Positions 11,620 through 22,909 of a stretch of 64,000 bases of DNA are shown piece after piece (the stretch's first letter is position 1; every line of letters starts with the position of its first letter). The notes beneath the pieces were generated by a model. That model was not told the origin of the DNA, made no database searches, and saw nothing but the letters and a program-made list of their open reading frames with translations. This DNA comes from an uncultured delta proteobacterium. Its GTDB lineage: Bacteria > Myxococcota_A > Polyangia > Haliangiales > Haliangiaceae. The stretch lies in contig CAVUQH010000003.1 of NCBI GenBank assembly GCA_963743525.1, forward strand, positions 1,152,001 to 1,216,000, given 5' to 3'. The translations under genes and the position numbers were made by a program.

Positions 11620-12377
11620 GAGCAGCGGAGCTCGGCGTAGCCCGAGGTGTCGTCGGCCCCCACCTCGATGGTGAACGGGCGGGCGTCACCACGCTCGACG
11701 GTGTCGGCCGTGGGGTCGACGCGCCACTCGGTGGAGCGGCCCTGGTACGTCGAGTCGCCGCTGTTCTGGCCCTCGTGCTGCAGGAAGCCGTCGAGCGACC
11801 CGTCGCCGTCGAGGTCGGTGCACTCGATGCCGGACACGAAGCCGACGCTGGCACCGACCGCGAAGGAGTTGGGGCGTCCGTCGACCACGGGCCGCACCAC
11901 CTCGCAGCCATCCGACAGGACCAGGCTGACGATCTCGACCGCCGCCCCGGACCCGACCACGACCCACAGGTCGTCGTCGCCGTCGCTGTCGACGTCGGCG
12001 ACCCGGGCGACCCGGATGGGGCCGTAGGTGGCCACGGACGGGTCGTCGTACACGGCCACGGTGCGCCCCCCGGCGGCGTAGTCGACCTGGAGCGCGATGC
12101 TGCGGTCGTCGACGATGGTCATCACGACGTCGTCGTCGGTCCCGTCGCCGTCGACGTCGGCCGGGACCGGGTCCTCGACCGGCTCGCCCGCCGCCGGTGC
12201 ATCCTCGGGACAGGTCGTCGGCGTGGAGGCGGTGGACGTGGTGGAGGTGGAGGTCGACGTCGAGGTGGCGGACGTGGACGTCGTCGTGCTCGGTGCGGCG
12301 CCGTCGTCGCCTCCACCGCACGCCGTGACCGCCAGGAGCAGGACCGTCACGGCGGCCAGGCGGGGAACGAGGGGCAC
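11616..12377 (-). CDS. lipoprotein with DxDGDG Ca-binding/FG-GAP-like loops
   Basis: LAVTAC lipobox, Thr/Ser linker, DVDGDGTDD, DVDSDGDDD, DLDGDGSLD. Confidence 0.75.
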   Translation of the reverse strand: MPLVPRLAAVTVLLLAVTACGGGDDGAAPSTTTSTSATSTSTSTSTTSTASTPTTCPEDAPAAGEPVEDPVPADVDGDGTDDDVVMTIVDDRSIALQVDYAAGGRTVAVYDDPSVATYGPIRVARVADVDSDGDDDLWVVVGSGAAVEIVSLVLSDGCEVVRPVVDGRPNSFAVGASVGFVSGIECTDLDGDGSLDGFLQHEGQNSGDSTYQGRSTEWRVDPTADTVERGDARPFTIEVGADDTSGYAELRCS

Positions 12378-12408
12378 GCGCCCATGCTGTCAGCTGCGGC
12401 CGCGTTCC

Positions 12409-12430
12409 TGTCAGACCCCCTGCGGATACT
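12409..12430 (+). promoter_or_regulatory. PafBC/RecA-NDp-like promoter
   Basis: TGTCAG-N10-GATACT, then 6 nt to ATG 12437; shares TGTCAGACCCCCT with the site at 48026-48047. Confidence 0.6.
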
Positions 12431-12436
12431 CAGGAC

Positions 12437-12622
12437 ATGGCAACACAGACCGAGCTCCTCCCCCCGAGCTTCCACCTCGACCGCCGCAGCCGGGAGGCCG
12501 GCCGGCGCGGGGTGGCCAAGGCACGGGACGCCCTCGCCCAGGCCCAACGGCGCACCGCCCGGCACGCCGACGACCAACCGCCCCACCACGACGGCGGTGA
12601 CCACCACGCCACCGCCGCCTGA
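12437..12622 (+). CDS. small hypothetical protein (61 aa)
   Basis: MATQTELLPPSFHLDRRSREAGRRGVAKARDALAQA; promoter motif directly upstream. Confidence 0.65.
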   Translation: MATQTELLPPSFHLDRRSREAGRRGVAKARDALAQAQRRTARHADDQPPHHDGGDHHATAA

Positions 12623-12649
12623 TGGGGCACGTCGGTAGCATCGGCGCCC

Positions 12650-12925
12650 ATGGGCGTCATCGGCTGGATCATCGTCGGCCTGGTGGCCGGTGGCCTGGCC
12701 GGCCGGGTCACCGGCGTGCGGGGCAACGGCTGCATCACCACGATGGTGATCGGCGTCATCGGCGGCCTGCTGGGCGGGGCGCTGTTCACCGCGGCGGGCG
12801 ACGAGGGCATCGGCGACTTCGGCCTGCGCTCCCTGTTCGTGGCCTTCATCGGGGCCACGCTGCTGCTGCTGGTCGTCGGCGGCCTCACCGGCGCCGGTCG
12901 TGGGCGCCGGCGCGGCTGGTTCTGA
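12650..12925 (+). CDS. GlsB/YeaQ/YmgE (transglycosylase-associated) membrane protein
   Basis: IIVGLVAGGLA, IGVIGGLLGG, AFIGATLLL. Confidence 0.9.
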   Translation: MGVIGWIIVGLVAGGLAGRVTGVRGNGCITTMVIGVIGGLLGGALFTAAGDEGIGDFGLRSLFVAFIGATLLLLVVGGLTGAGRGRRRGWF

Positions 12926-12946
12926 GCAGCCGGACGGCCCCCGGTT

Positions 12947-12980
12947 CTCTTGACCGGCCGGTCAAGAGTCGTCGTAGAGT
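12947..12980 (+). promoter_or_regulatory. perfect 22-bp operator palindrome overlapping the thiolase promoter
   Basis: CTCTTGACCGGCCGGTCAAGAG (12947-12968) contains TTGACC; TAGAGT at 12975-12980, 6 nt before ATG. Confidence 0.7.
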
Positions 12981-12986
12981 GTCGCC

Positions 12987-14168
<1,182 letters not shown>

Positions 14169-14229
14169 CCGCCCACCGGCATCGACCCGCGACCGCGCGG
14201 GCCGCGCCCGCTTCCGCCACCGGCACGGG

Positions 14230-14776
14230 CCGCCCGGTCGCGTCCGTGCTCGCCCTGGTCGTGGTCGGCGGCGATGGCAGCCGGCTGCGCCGCGGTCACG
14301 CCGTCGGGCGGCACCGGCCGGCGGCTGGCGACGGCGTGGTCGTCCGGCGTCATCGACGGCGACACCGTCGACGTCGACTTCGGCGGCACCGAGGAGCGCG
14401 TGCGCCTGATCGGCATCGACACACCCGAGATCGGTCGACGCCCGACCGTCCGGTCGCAGTGCTACGGCGCCGAGGCCACGGCCCGCACCGAAGGGCCTGC
14501 TCCCCGAGGGCACCGCACGTGCGCCTCGAGCGCGACGTCGAGCGCCCGCGACCGCTACGGCCGCCTGCTGGCCTACGTGTACCGCAGCCGACGACGACCT
14601 GCTCGTCAACCTGGTCCTGGTCGAGCGAGGGCTACGCCGACGCGCGTGACCTTCGGCGACAACGAGGCCCTCTACGCCACCTCGGCGCCGCCGAGGCCGC
14701 CGCCCGCGACCAGGGACGGGGCCTGTGGGGTGCCTGCGGCGGCCCCGACGTCGCCGTCGGTCCGCCGCCGAGCTGA
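14230..14776 (+). CDS. thermonuclease (SNase-like), frameshifted; start uncertain
   Basis: VIDGDT, VRLIGIDTPE, DRYGRLLAYVY, GRGLWGAC. Confidence 0.85.
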
Positions 14777-14821
14777 ACCGGTCGCTGCCCCGCCGGCTGC
14801 AGATCGGTAGCGTCTGGCCCG

Positions 14822-15662
14822 ATGTCCGACGCTCGCCGAGCGCCTCGGGTCACGCCGCCGACGACCGCCTGCTGATCATCAACTGCGACGACCTCGGCGT
14901 CATGCCACGCCGCCAACCACGGCGTGTACCGAGGCCCTGCGCGACGGCATGGCCACCAGCGCGTCGCTCATGGTGCCCGTGCCCCTGGGCACGCGAGGCG
15001 GCCAGCCGCTACCGGGGCGAGGACGTCGGCGTCCACCTCACCCTCAACGCCGAGTACGACCTGCTACCGGTGGGGGCCCATCACCCACGCCCCGTCGCTG
15101 CTCGACGGCGACGGCGGCTTCCCCCGCACCGTCGTCGACGTCTGGGACCACGCCGACCTCGACGAGGTCCGCCGGGAGTGCCGGGCCCAGATCGAGCGGG
15201 CCATCCTGTGGGGCTTCGACGTCAGCCACCTCGACAGCCACATGGGCACCCTCCAGCTGCGGCCCGAGTTCTTCGACGTCTACCTCGACCTCGCCGTCGA
15301 GTTCCGGCTGCCGCTCCGGCTGTCCGGCGCCTCCACCGAGCGCGCCATCGGGTTCCCGTTCCGCGACCTGGCCGCCGAGGAGGGCGTCCTGTTCCCCGAC
15401 CACTTCGTCGTACGTCCGCGGCGTCGGCAGCCGCAAGGCGCATCGAGCGGACCATCTTCGACCTCGCTCCGGGCGTCACCGAGGTGTACGTGCACCCGGC
15501 GCTCGACACGCCCGAGCTGCGGGCCATCGGCGACGACTGGGCCGGCCGGGTCGACGACCTCGACTTCGTCATGCAGCGCCGAGGTCCGGCTCGCTGCTCG
15601 AGCGGGCCGGCGTCCAGCTCATCGGCTTCCGCGAGCTGCGCGACGCCCAGCGGGCCGGTTGA
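14822..15662 (+). CDS. ChbG/YdjC family deacetylase (frameshifted)
   Basis: LIINCDDLG, GVHLTL, SHLDSHMG, EVYVHP. Confidence 0.85.
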
Positions 15663-16039
15663 TGCGCCGCCGTCTGGCCACGCTCTGCCTGCTGGTCGCG
15701 CTCGGATCCCTCCTCTCGGGCTGCGACAGCGACCGGCGGGCCATCTCGCGTGCCGATCTCCCCGACGTCCCCGCCGAGCCGACGTACGTGGTCCAGCTCG
15801 GCGACGACGGCTTCGACGTCGACCGGTTGTCGGTGAGAACCGACGACCTCGTGCGCTTCGAGATCACCGGACAGGACGACCACGGCATCCGCGCCGACAC
15901 CCGCATCGACACCGGCTTGCTGTATCCCGGCGAGTGGACCGACGTGATCTTCGACGAGCCCGGCACCTACGAGGTGGTCGACGTCACCGACGAGGACCAG
16001 GTCCTGGTCGTCGAGTCCACCGAGCCGCCGACGAGCTGA
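15662..16039 (+). CDS. cupredoxin-fold lipoprotein
   Basis: LLSGC lipobox; DTGLLYPGE...FDEPGTY; no Cys/His/Met ligand loop. Confidence 0.6.
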   Translation: MRRRLATLCLLVALGSLLSGCDSDRRAISRADLPDVPAEPTYVVQLGDDGFDVDRLSVRTDDLVRFEITGQDDHGIRADTRIDTGLLYPGEWTDVIFDEPGTYEVVDVTDEDQVLVVESTEPPTS

Positions 16040-16226
16040 GCGCGCAGAAGGTCGCGAGTTCCCGCACGGACTACTCGCGTCCAAGGTTCTGGGCAGCTCG
16101 GCCCGCCCCCGCCGATCGCTCGGCGGCTGCTACTGAACGCCCTCGATCCAGGCCTGTCTGCGATGCAAGCGGCAGTCGGCCGACCCGGCCTCGAGTGACG
16201 TAATCCCGAGCGGCACGTTGGAGCGG

Positions 16227-16556
16227 TCAGCCAGCGAGGCCGAAGAAGACGAGGATTGCTCGCCCGAGGCGGACCATGTGCTCGTCGTCGAGTCGACCAA
16301 CGCGCTCGCCGAGCTTGGAGCGAGGAATCGTCGTGATCTTGTCCACCATGAGACTGCAGGATTCGCGCAGACCGTTGACCTCGTCGGCGTCGACGCGAAG
16401 CCGGAACAGCGGTGCCTCCGTCGGGTCAGTGGTGAACGCACAGACCGTGACGGAATCGGTGGCATCGAAGCGGTCGTCCTGCACGATGGCCACCGGCCGG
16501 GGTTTGCCGACGTAACCGCTGCCCGCGGCAGCAGTCCAGATCTCACCGCGTCTCAA
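16227..16556 (-). CDS. mazF: PemK/MazF family toxin
   Basis: MRRGEIW, GKPRPVAIVQ, SLMVDKITT. Confidence 0.92.
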   Translation of the reverse strand: MRRGEIWTAAAGSGYVGKPRPVAIVQDDRFDATDSVTVCAFTTDPTEAPLFRLRVDADEVNGLRESCSLMVDKITTIPRSKLGERVGRLDDEHMVRLGRAILVFFGLAG

Positions 16557-16772
16557 TCGTCATCCAGGCTGATGGCGTCGACGAACGCCTGGTCTTCCTG
16601 GGCGTGCCGGCTCGCTGCGACGGCCGCCGACTGCCGGTGCGCCTCACCCTCGAACTCGGGCGATCGGACGTCCGGCACCCAGATCTGCACCGGCCGGAGC
16701 CCCTCCGCGAAGACGTCGCCGATGCTCCCGAACTCGCTTCCGGACGCCGGAGTCCTCGTGAGGTGCAGCCAT
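16553..16772 (-). CDS. DUF3018/MazE-like antitoxin (one frameshift)
   Basis: VRKRVREHRRRLR joined to GLRPVQIWVPDVRSPEF...AHRQS...DQAFVD; overlaps the toxin start. Confidence 0.85.
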
Positions 16773-16780
16773 ACCGCCAT

Positions 16781-16792
16781 GTTACATGTAAC
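16781..16792. promoter_or_regulatory. putative TA autorepression operator
   Basis: Perfect palindrome GTTACATGTAAC 8 nt upstream of the antitoxin ATG. Confidence 0.65.
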
Positions 16793-17000
16793 GCTGGCCC
16801 ACGTCATGCGCCGATCGCCATGGCCTCTCGGCGCGGATTCGCACACCGGAAGCAGGCGGACCCTGCTCCGGTACGCGAGGTTTGTCGGGGCCACGCGTCC
16901 TCGCGGACCAGAGCTGTCGGGTAGGACGCACGCTCCAACTGGCGGTTCTCGTCACGGTCGTCGAACGCGAGTCCACCGAGCCGGCGGCGAAGCTGAACCC

Positions 17001-17386
17001 TCAGAAGGTCGTCTGCTCGGCGACCGAGGCCGCGGCGTCACGCCACTCGGGCGAGCACGTGACCGGGAGCACCGACATCATGCGGCCGATGTTGCCGGTG
17101 ACCTTGATCCTCCCCTGCATGAAGCCGACGTTGGGGTCGAGCTCGCCGCGGACACGGCGACGAACTCGTCGCGGGGCATGTGCATGACGAAGTCGGGTTG
17201 GTCCGCCGGGCCGAGCTGGTTGGCGACGAGGCGACCGTCCTCCATCACGCTGTGGACGTGCACCGTCCCGTCGGGGCCGCCGGTGATCTCGTAGCCGATC
17301 ACGGCCGAGCAGCCGGAGCGCACCGGAAGCTGGCCCGTGGCGTCGCGCTGCAGATCCAGCCAGTCCTGGCTGAGCAGCTCGGTCAT
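17001..17386 (-). CDS. SCP2 sterol-binding domain protein (frameshifted)
   Basis: LSQDW, GGPDG, GELDPNVGFMQGRIKVTGN. Confidence 0.8.
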
Positions 17387-18272
17387 CCTCGGGCGTCGGC
17401 CGTCTCGGAGTCGTCGACCCGGATGCCGTCGAACAGATCGCCGGCGGATTCGTCGGACTCCACGTGGCTGACGGCCAGGATGTACTCGTCCCAGGGGTGC
17501 ACGGTGCGGGCCACCTCGCGGGGCAGCCCGAACCAGAACGGCGAGGTGGGGTCGACCTGGGTGGCATGGGCCAGCAGGGCGTCCCACCGCACGTCGGCGT
17601 GGTCGGCGGTGGACACCCGTGTCGTGATGCGATCGTCCTGGTCGGGGCGGTCGAACCACTTGTCGTCGAAGGGCGACTCCTTGCCCAGCTCGATGAACTT
17701 CTCGTGCATCGCCACCATGCGGGCCCGCGACCAGGCGGTCCAGTACACCTTGTCGACCCGGTGTGGCGGACCGGCCTCGGGGTACCACTCGGGATCGGCG
17801 GCCCGCTCGATGGCCGGCATCGGTCACGTCGTGCACCTGCAGGTGGTCGGGGTGCGGGTAGCCGCGCTGGTCGTCGCCGTAGGTCACCACGACCTGGGGC
17901 CGTTCGCGGCGCAGGATGGCGACCAGTCGACCGACGGCCTCGTCGAGATCGGCGTTGGCGAACGCCTCGGGGTGGGCGTTGGCCTCGGTGTCGGGCATGC
18001 CCGAGTCGCGGTAGCCGAGCATGACGACCTCGTCGTAGCCGATGATCTGGGCCGCCTGCGCCAGCTCGTCGCGCGCGAACGGCGACGAGGTCTCGCTTGA
18101 CCTCGGGGCGGTCCATGGCCGGGTTGAGGATGTCGCCGGCCGCCCCGTCGGTGCAGCACACGAGCACCGTGCGGACCCCCTCGTCGTGGTACCGGGCCAC
18201 GGTGCCCGCACCCTTGGACGACTCGTCGTCAGGGTGGGCGTGGACGGTGAGGATGCAGCGGGATCGACTCAC
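17383..18272 (-). CDS. mca: mycothiol conjugate amidase (frameshifted)
   Basis: VHAHPDDESSKGA, LGYRDSG, GYPHPDH, LLAHATQVDP. Confidence 0.88.
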
Positions 18273-18282
18273 CGTTGGGAGC

Positions 18283-18619
18283 CTACCGACGGATCAGCCG
18301 TTGCTGTACGCGGTTGCCGCCGTCGTCGGTGGTCCAGCTCCGGCCGCGGCGGTACCACCAGCCGGCGACCGACCCGAGCACCACACCGAGCACGGCGCCG
18401 ACGGGCAGCGCGATGCGGAACAGCCCGGTGCGCACGATGGGGCGGTCCATGCCGTTGGGCTCGAAGGACCCGAGCGTGTAGAAGGGGATGGCGATCAGGA
18501 AGAAGGCGATGGCGGCCAGACCGATGCCGACCAGCACGCCGACGACGATCGATCGCGCCAGCGGCCGCTCCGGTCGCGGCCGGCTCCGCCACGGCCGGCG
18601 TGTGGTCGGTTGCACCCAT
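18283..18619 (-). CDS. small two-TM membrane protein
   Basis: Two hydrophobic segments. Confidence 0.6.
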
Positions 18620-18655
18620 GCCGCCCACGGTAGTGCCGCTCCCTACCATCGGAGC

Positions 18656-19330
18656 GTGCGCGCCGCCCTTCTCGCCCTGCTGCTGGTCCTGGCGGCGTGC
18701 GGTTCCGACGATCCGGTGACCGCCGTCGGGCGCGACCGCGCCGACCAGGCCCGGCAGGCCGCCCTCGACGCCGGCCTCGACGCCGACGTGGCCGACTTCC
18801 TCGCCCTGGCGGCCCAGGGAGAGACCGCCACGTACCAGCTGACCTACCCCGGGCCCAGCGATGGCTCCGAGCTCGTGGTCACCAGCCGACCGCCCGACCG
18901 CCGCGTCGACCTGGTGGTCGACGGGAAGACCACCGAGGCCGCCTCGTGATCGACGGCGCCGCCTACCAGTGCCACCCCGATCAGCGGCGCTGCGAGCGCA
19001 CCGACGCCTTCGTCGCCCCGCCGGGCGTCTTCACCGACCAGGCCATGGAGGATCTGCGGGCGTCGCTGGTCGACCGGGCGGCGGACTTCACCTTCGAGAT
19101 CGAGACGATGTCGGTGGCCGGCATCGACGCCCGCTGCCTGGTCACCCGGCGGCGCGCCGGGCGCGAACGACCCGAGCTCGGGCGCCGGCGGCACCATCTG
19201 CCTGGCACCCGAGGGCGCCGTGCTGCTCGTCGACCAGGGCGACGAGCGACTGGAGGCCACCGACTACACGACCGAGGTCGACGCCGGAGGCCTTCGAGAC
19301 TGCCGTCGGAGGCGAACCGACCCGGGCTGA
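18656..19330 (+). CDS. lipoprotein, unknown function (frameshifted)
   Basis: LVLAACG lipobox; paired Cys. Confidence 0.6.
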
Positions 19331-19358
19331 GCGTCGAGGGTCGATACCATCGCCAGTC

Positions 19359-19859
19359 GTGGACGACCCCGACATCTGGCGTTGGGTCTGGCTGGCGGCA
19401 GCCGTGGTCTTCGGGCTGGGCGAGATGAGCACAGCGCCGGCGCCTTCTTCCTGGCGCCGTTCGCCGTCGGCGCCATCGTCGCCGCCGTCGCTGGCTTCCT
19501 CGGCGCGCCGGTCGGCCTCGGCTGGTTCGTCTTCGTCGTCGTCTCGGTGGCGGCCTTCGCCGGCGTTCCGGCCCCTGGCCCGCCGCCTCGAGCGTCGACA
19601 CCCGCAACCCGCATGGGCGTGGGGGCCACCCGGCTCATCGGCGAGCACGGCATCGTGCTCGACGCCGTGCCCGCGGGCCCCGACGAGCTCGGCCTGGTGC
19701 GCGTCGGCCGCGAGGAGTGGCGGGCCGAGTCCGTCGACGGCGACACGATCGCGGCCGGCACACCACGTCACCGTCCTCGAGGTCCGGGGCACGCGCGTCG
19801 TCGTGCTCCCGACCGGCCTCCCGATCCCCGACGCAACTCACCCGAAAGGTCGTCACTGA
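19359..19859 (+). CDS. NfeD-like membrane protein (frameshifted)
   Basis: WVWLAAAVVFGLGEM, GLVRVGREEWRAES, VLEVRGTRVVV; TGATG-coupled to SPFH gene. Confidence 0.85.
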   Translation: MDDPDIWRWVWLAAAVVFGLGEMSTAPAPSSWRRSPSAPSSPPSLASSARRSASAGSSSSSSRWRPSPAFRPLARRLERRHPQPAWAWGPPGSSASTASCSTPCPRAPTSSAWCASAARSGGPSPSTATRSRPAHHVTVLEVRGTRVVVLPTGLPIPDATHPKGRH

Positions 19860-20822
19860 TGACGCTCGTCATCGTCCTCGCCGTCATCGGCCTCGTGATC
19901 CTGTTCATCTACGTCGCCGCCGGCGTCCGCATCGTGCGACCCGTACCAGCGGGGCATCATCGAGCGGCTCGGCAAGTACAAGGAGACGGTCGACCCCGGC
20001 CTGCGCCTCATCATCCCGTTCGTCGACACCATCCGCGTCGTCGACATGCGCGAGCAGGTGGTCGACGTGCCGCCCCAGGAGGTCATCACCTCCGACAACG
20101 TCGTCGTCTCGGTCGACGCCGTCATCTACTACGAGCCCACCGACCCGCAGCGGCTCATCTACAACGTCGCCAACTTCATCCTCGCCGTCACCAAGCTGGC
20201 CCAGACCAACCTGCGCAACGTCATCGGCGACATGCAGCTCGACGAGGCGCTCACCTCCCGGGACAAGATCAACGTCGCCCTGCGCGAGATCCTCGACGAC
20301 GCCACCGACAAGTGGGGCGTGCGGGTCGTCCGGGTCGAGATCCAGCGCATCGACCCGCCGCCGGACGTCATGTCCGCCATGCACGAGCAGATGAAGGCCG
20401 AGCGGACCCGGCGGGCCGTGGTCACCGAGGCCCAGGGTCGCCGCGAGGCCGCCATCACCACCGCCGAGGGCGAGAAGGCCGCGGCCATCCTCGAGGCCGA
20501 GGGCGTCAAGGCCAAGCAGGTGCTCGAGGCCGAAGGGCGAGGCCGAGGCCGTGCGCAAGTTCGCCGAGGCCGAGCAGTACCGCCAGCAGCGCGGTCGCCG
20601 AGGGCGAGGCCGACGCCATCCGCTCCGTGTACCAGGCCATCCACGACGGCAACCCGTCCAACGACCTGCTGGCCATCAAGTACCTCGAGACCCTGCAGAA
20701 GCTGGGCGACGGCCAGGCCACCAAGATCATCGTGCCCACCGAGCTCGTCCGGCGTGGCCGGCGCCCTCGCCGGGGTCACCGAGCTGCTCGAGCGGACCTC
20801 GGCCAACGGCAAGGCGGAGTAA
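19859..20822 (+). CDS. SPFH/band 7 protein, QmcA-like (frameshifted)
   Basis: [36 protein letters not shown]. Confidence 0.92.
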
Positions 20823-20893
20823 CCGCCCGGGCCGGGTCACGGTTTCCGGCGTTGCCGGGGACAGGAGATCGACATCGGGGTAGCGAAGTCCTC

Positions 20894-21706
20894 GTGGTGG
20901 GTCCCGCATGCGCCGACCGCGACGACCACCGGCGTACCGACGCCGGTGGCCCGGCGCGCCCGCCCGGCCGCTGGCTCCTGCTCATCGTCGCTGCGCTGGG
21001 AGCGCTCGTGCTGTCGGCGCTGGTGTGGGACGGTACCGGCCGCAGCGGCGCGGGCGGGATGGCGCTGCCGGCCGACCCCATGGCCCTGGTGAGCGGCGAG
21101 GAGCCGCTCCCGCGTCTGGTGTCACCATCGACGCTCGAGGGCCGCCAGGTCCTGGTCGTCGGCGACTCGCTGCTGAAGGCCGCCCTGCCCTATCTCGAGC
21201 AGAGCCTGACGGCGGTCGGCGCCACCGACGTCACCTTCGCCGCGATGAACGGCAGCACCATCGGCTGGGCGGCGGACCAGGTGGTGCAGCGGTCCGGGTA
21301 CGACATCGTGGTGATCGCCTCGGGCACGAACAACGTGGTCGACGGGTGGAGCCGCGCCGACGCCCGGGCCACGAGCCGGGCGCTGCAGATGGTGGCGGGT
21401 GCGACCTGCCCGGTCTGGATCGCACCGACCGCCTGGCGCCACCCGGTCGAGGACGGCGTGCGCCGCACCCGCGTCGACGCCACCTCGCTGGTGGCCCTCC
21501 TGGCCCTGTTCGACCGGATCGACCACTCGACCGTGCACGTGGCCGACTGGGACTCCCTCACCCAGGATCTCCAGGATCTGTACGCCGGCGACGGCATCCA
21601 CCACACCGCGGCCGGCAGCGCCGCCTACGCCCGGTTCATCACCGCCGCCATCATCCAGGACTGCACCGACACCTGGCCGCGGCCGCTCGTGCCGTCACGG
21701 AACTGA
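20894..21706 (+). CDS. membrane-anchored SGNH/GDSL hydrolase
   Basis: VGDSL, GTNN, DGIH; N-terminal TM segment. Confidence 0.75.
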   Translation: MVGPACADRDDHRRTDAGGPARPPGRWLLLIVAALGALVLSALVWDGTGRSGAGGMALPADPMALVSGEEPLPRLVSPSTLEGRQVLVVGDSLLKAALPYLEQSLTAVGATDVTFAAMNGSTIGWAADQVVQRSGYDIVVIASGTNNVVDGWSRADARATSRALQMVAGATCPVWIAPTAWRHPVEDGVRRTRVDATSLVALLALFDRIDHSTVHVADWDSLTQDLQDLYAGDGIHHTAAGSAAYARFITAAIIQDCTDTWPRPLVPSRN

Positions 21707-21747
21707 CCGCCGACCGCATCGTGCCGGGCCCGTGGCACCATGCCCAG

Positions 21748-22400
21748 GTGCGTCGCCCACCGATCGCCCTGACCCTGCTCCTGACCGTGGCCGCTGCGCT
21801 GCTGACCGGCTGCAACGACGACGGCCGCACGCTGGCGCCGGCGCCGTCGACCACTGCACCGGCCCCGTCGACGTCCGCGGTGATGGACGCCGGCGACGCG
21901 GCCGGCGCCACGTCCTCGCTGTCGATTCAGGTGCCCGGCGTCGCCGACGGTGGGCTGCTCGACCCCGCCTACACGTGCGACGGTGAGGACATCCACCCGC
22001 CGCTGCAGATCGGCGGTGTGCCCGCCGGCGGCGGCGGCGCTGGCCATCACCGTGGTCGACCTCGACGCCGATGGCTACGTCCACTGGGTGGTGGCCGGCC
22101 TCCCGGCCACCACCACGGAACTGGCTGCGGGTGAGGTGCCGCCCGATGCCGTGGCTGCCCGATCCGACGGTGGGACCGTCGGCTGGGAGGGCCCGTGCCC
22201 GCCGGCCGACGACGCGCCCCACCGCTACGAGCTCACCGTCTACGCCGTCGCCGAACCGATCGGCCTGGCCCCCGACCTCGACGGACGGGATGCCATCGGG
22301 ATCATCCAATCGGCCGCCATCGACGCACCGGCCTGGTACACCGTGCGCTACGCCCGCACCGCCGGATGGCGAGGCAGCGAGCCGACCGAAGGCTCGTCAG
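21748..22400 (+). CDS. YbhB/YbcL (PEBP) family lipoprotein (frameshifted; end uncertain)
   Basis: LTGC lipobox; YTCDGEDIHPPL, DLDADGYVHWV, GPCPP, HRY. Confidence 0.85.
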
Positions 22401-22874
22401 CCGTACGTCAGCCGGGTGATCCAGTCGGCCACCACGGCCGGCTTGTCGGAGCCCTCGACCTCGATGGTGTAGGTGCGGGTGACCTGGATCTGGTTGTCGC
22501 CCTTGCGCTCGACGTCCTTGAGCACGCTGGAGGCCCGGATCTTGGAGCCGCTGGGCACGGGCGCCACGAAGCGCACCTTGTCGAAGCCGTAGTTGACGCC
22601 CATGATCACGCCCTTGACCGTGTCCGGGTCCTGCTTGATGGAACCGGCCAGGTGGGTGAGCATCGACAGGGTCAGGAAGCCGTGGGCGATGGTGGTGCCG
22701 AAGGGCGAGGCCTTGGCCGCCTCGGGGTCGACGTGGATGAACTGGTGGTCGATGGTGACGTCGGCGAACTGGTCGATCCGGTCCTGGGTCATCTCGAACC
22801 ACTCGCCGGTGCCGTCGGGCTCCTCCGATGCGGCTCTGGAACTTCTCGAACGCGGCGGCTGCGGCCTCGGACAT
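22397..22874 (-). CDS. MaoC family dehydratase (frameshifted)
   Basis: FADVTIDHQFIHVD, TIAHGFLTLS, NYGFDKVRF. Confidence 0.9.
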
Positions 22875-22909
22875 CTGGTCTCTCCTCCTGGTCGGAACGG
22901 CAGCGGACC

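Larger units (their letters stand above)
16012..17011. repeat. degenerate direct repeat (16012-16054 and 16968-17011) flanking the TA islet
   Basis: Exact CGAGTCCACCGAGCCG and CAGAAGGTCG in both copies. Confidence 0.65.

Noticed and set aside
12225..12290. GTGGAG/GTGGAC repeats
   Set aside because: They encode the Thr/Ser linker of a lipoprotein; not a CRISPR or functional DNA repeat.
10083..12638. 851-aa ORF suggesting a WS/DGAT fusion
   Set aside because: The extension is the antisense of the 11616-12377 lipoprotein; most likely a stop lost to an indel.
16217..16939. 9-bp inverted repeat GTTGGAGCG/CGCTCCAAC around the TA genes
   Set aside because: Too short, with no transposase or attC structure.
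19382..21706. 774-aa NfeD-SGNH fusion ORF
   Set aside because: Frame-hopping artefact across three separate genes.
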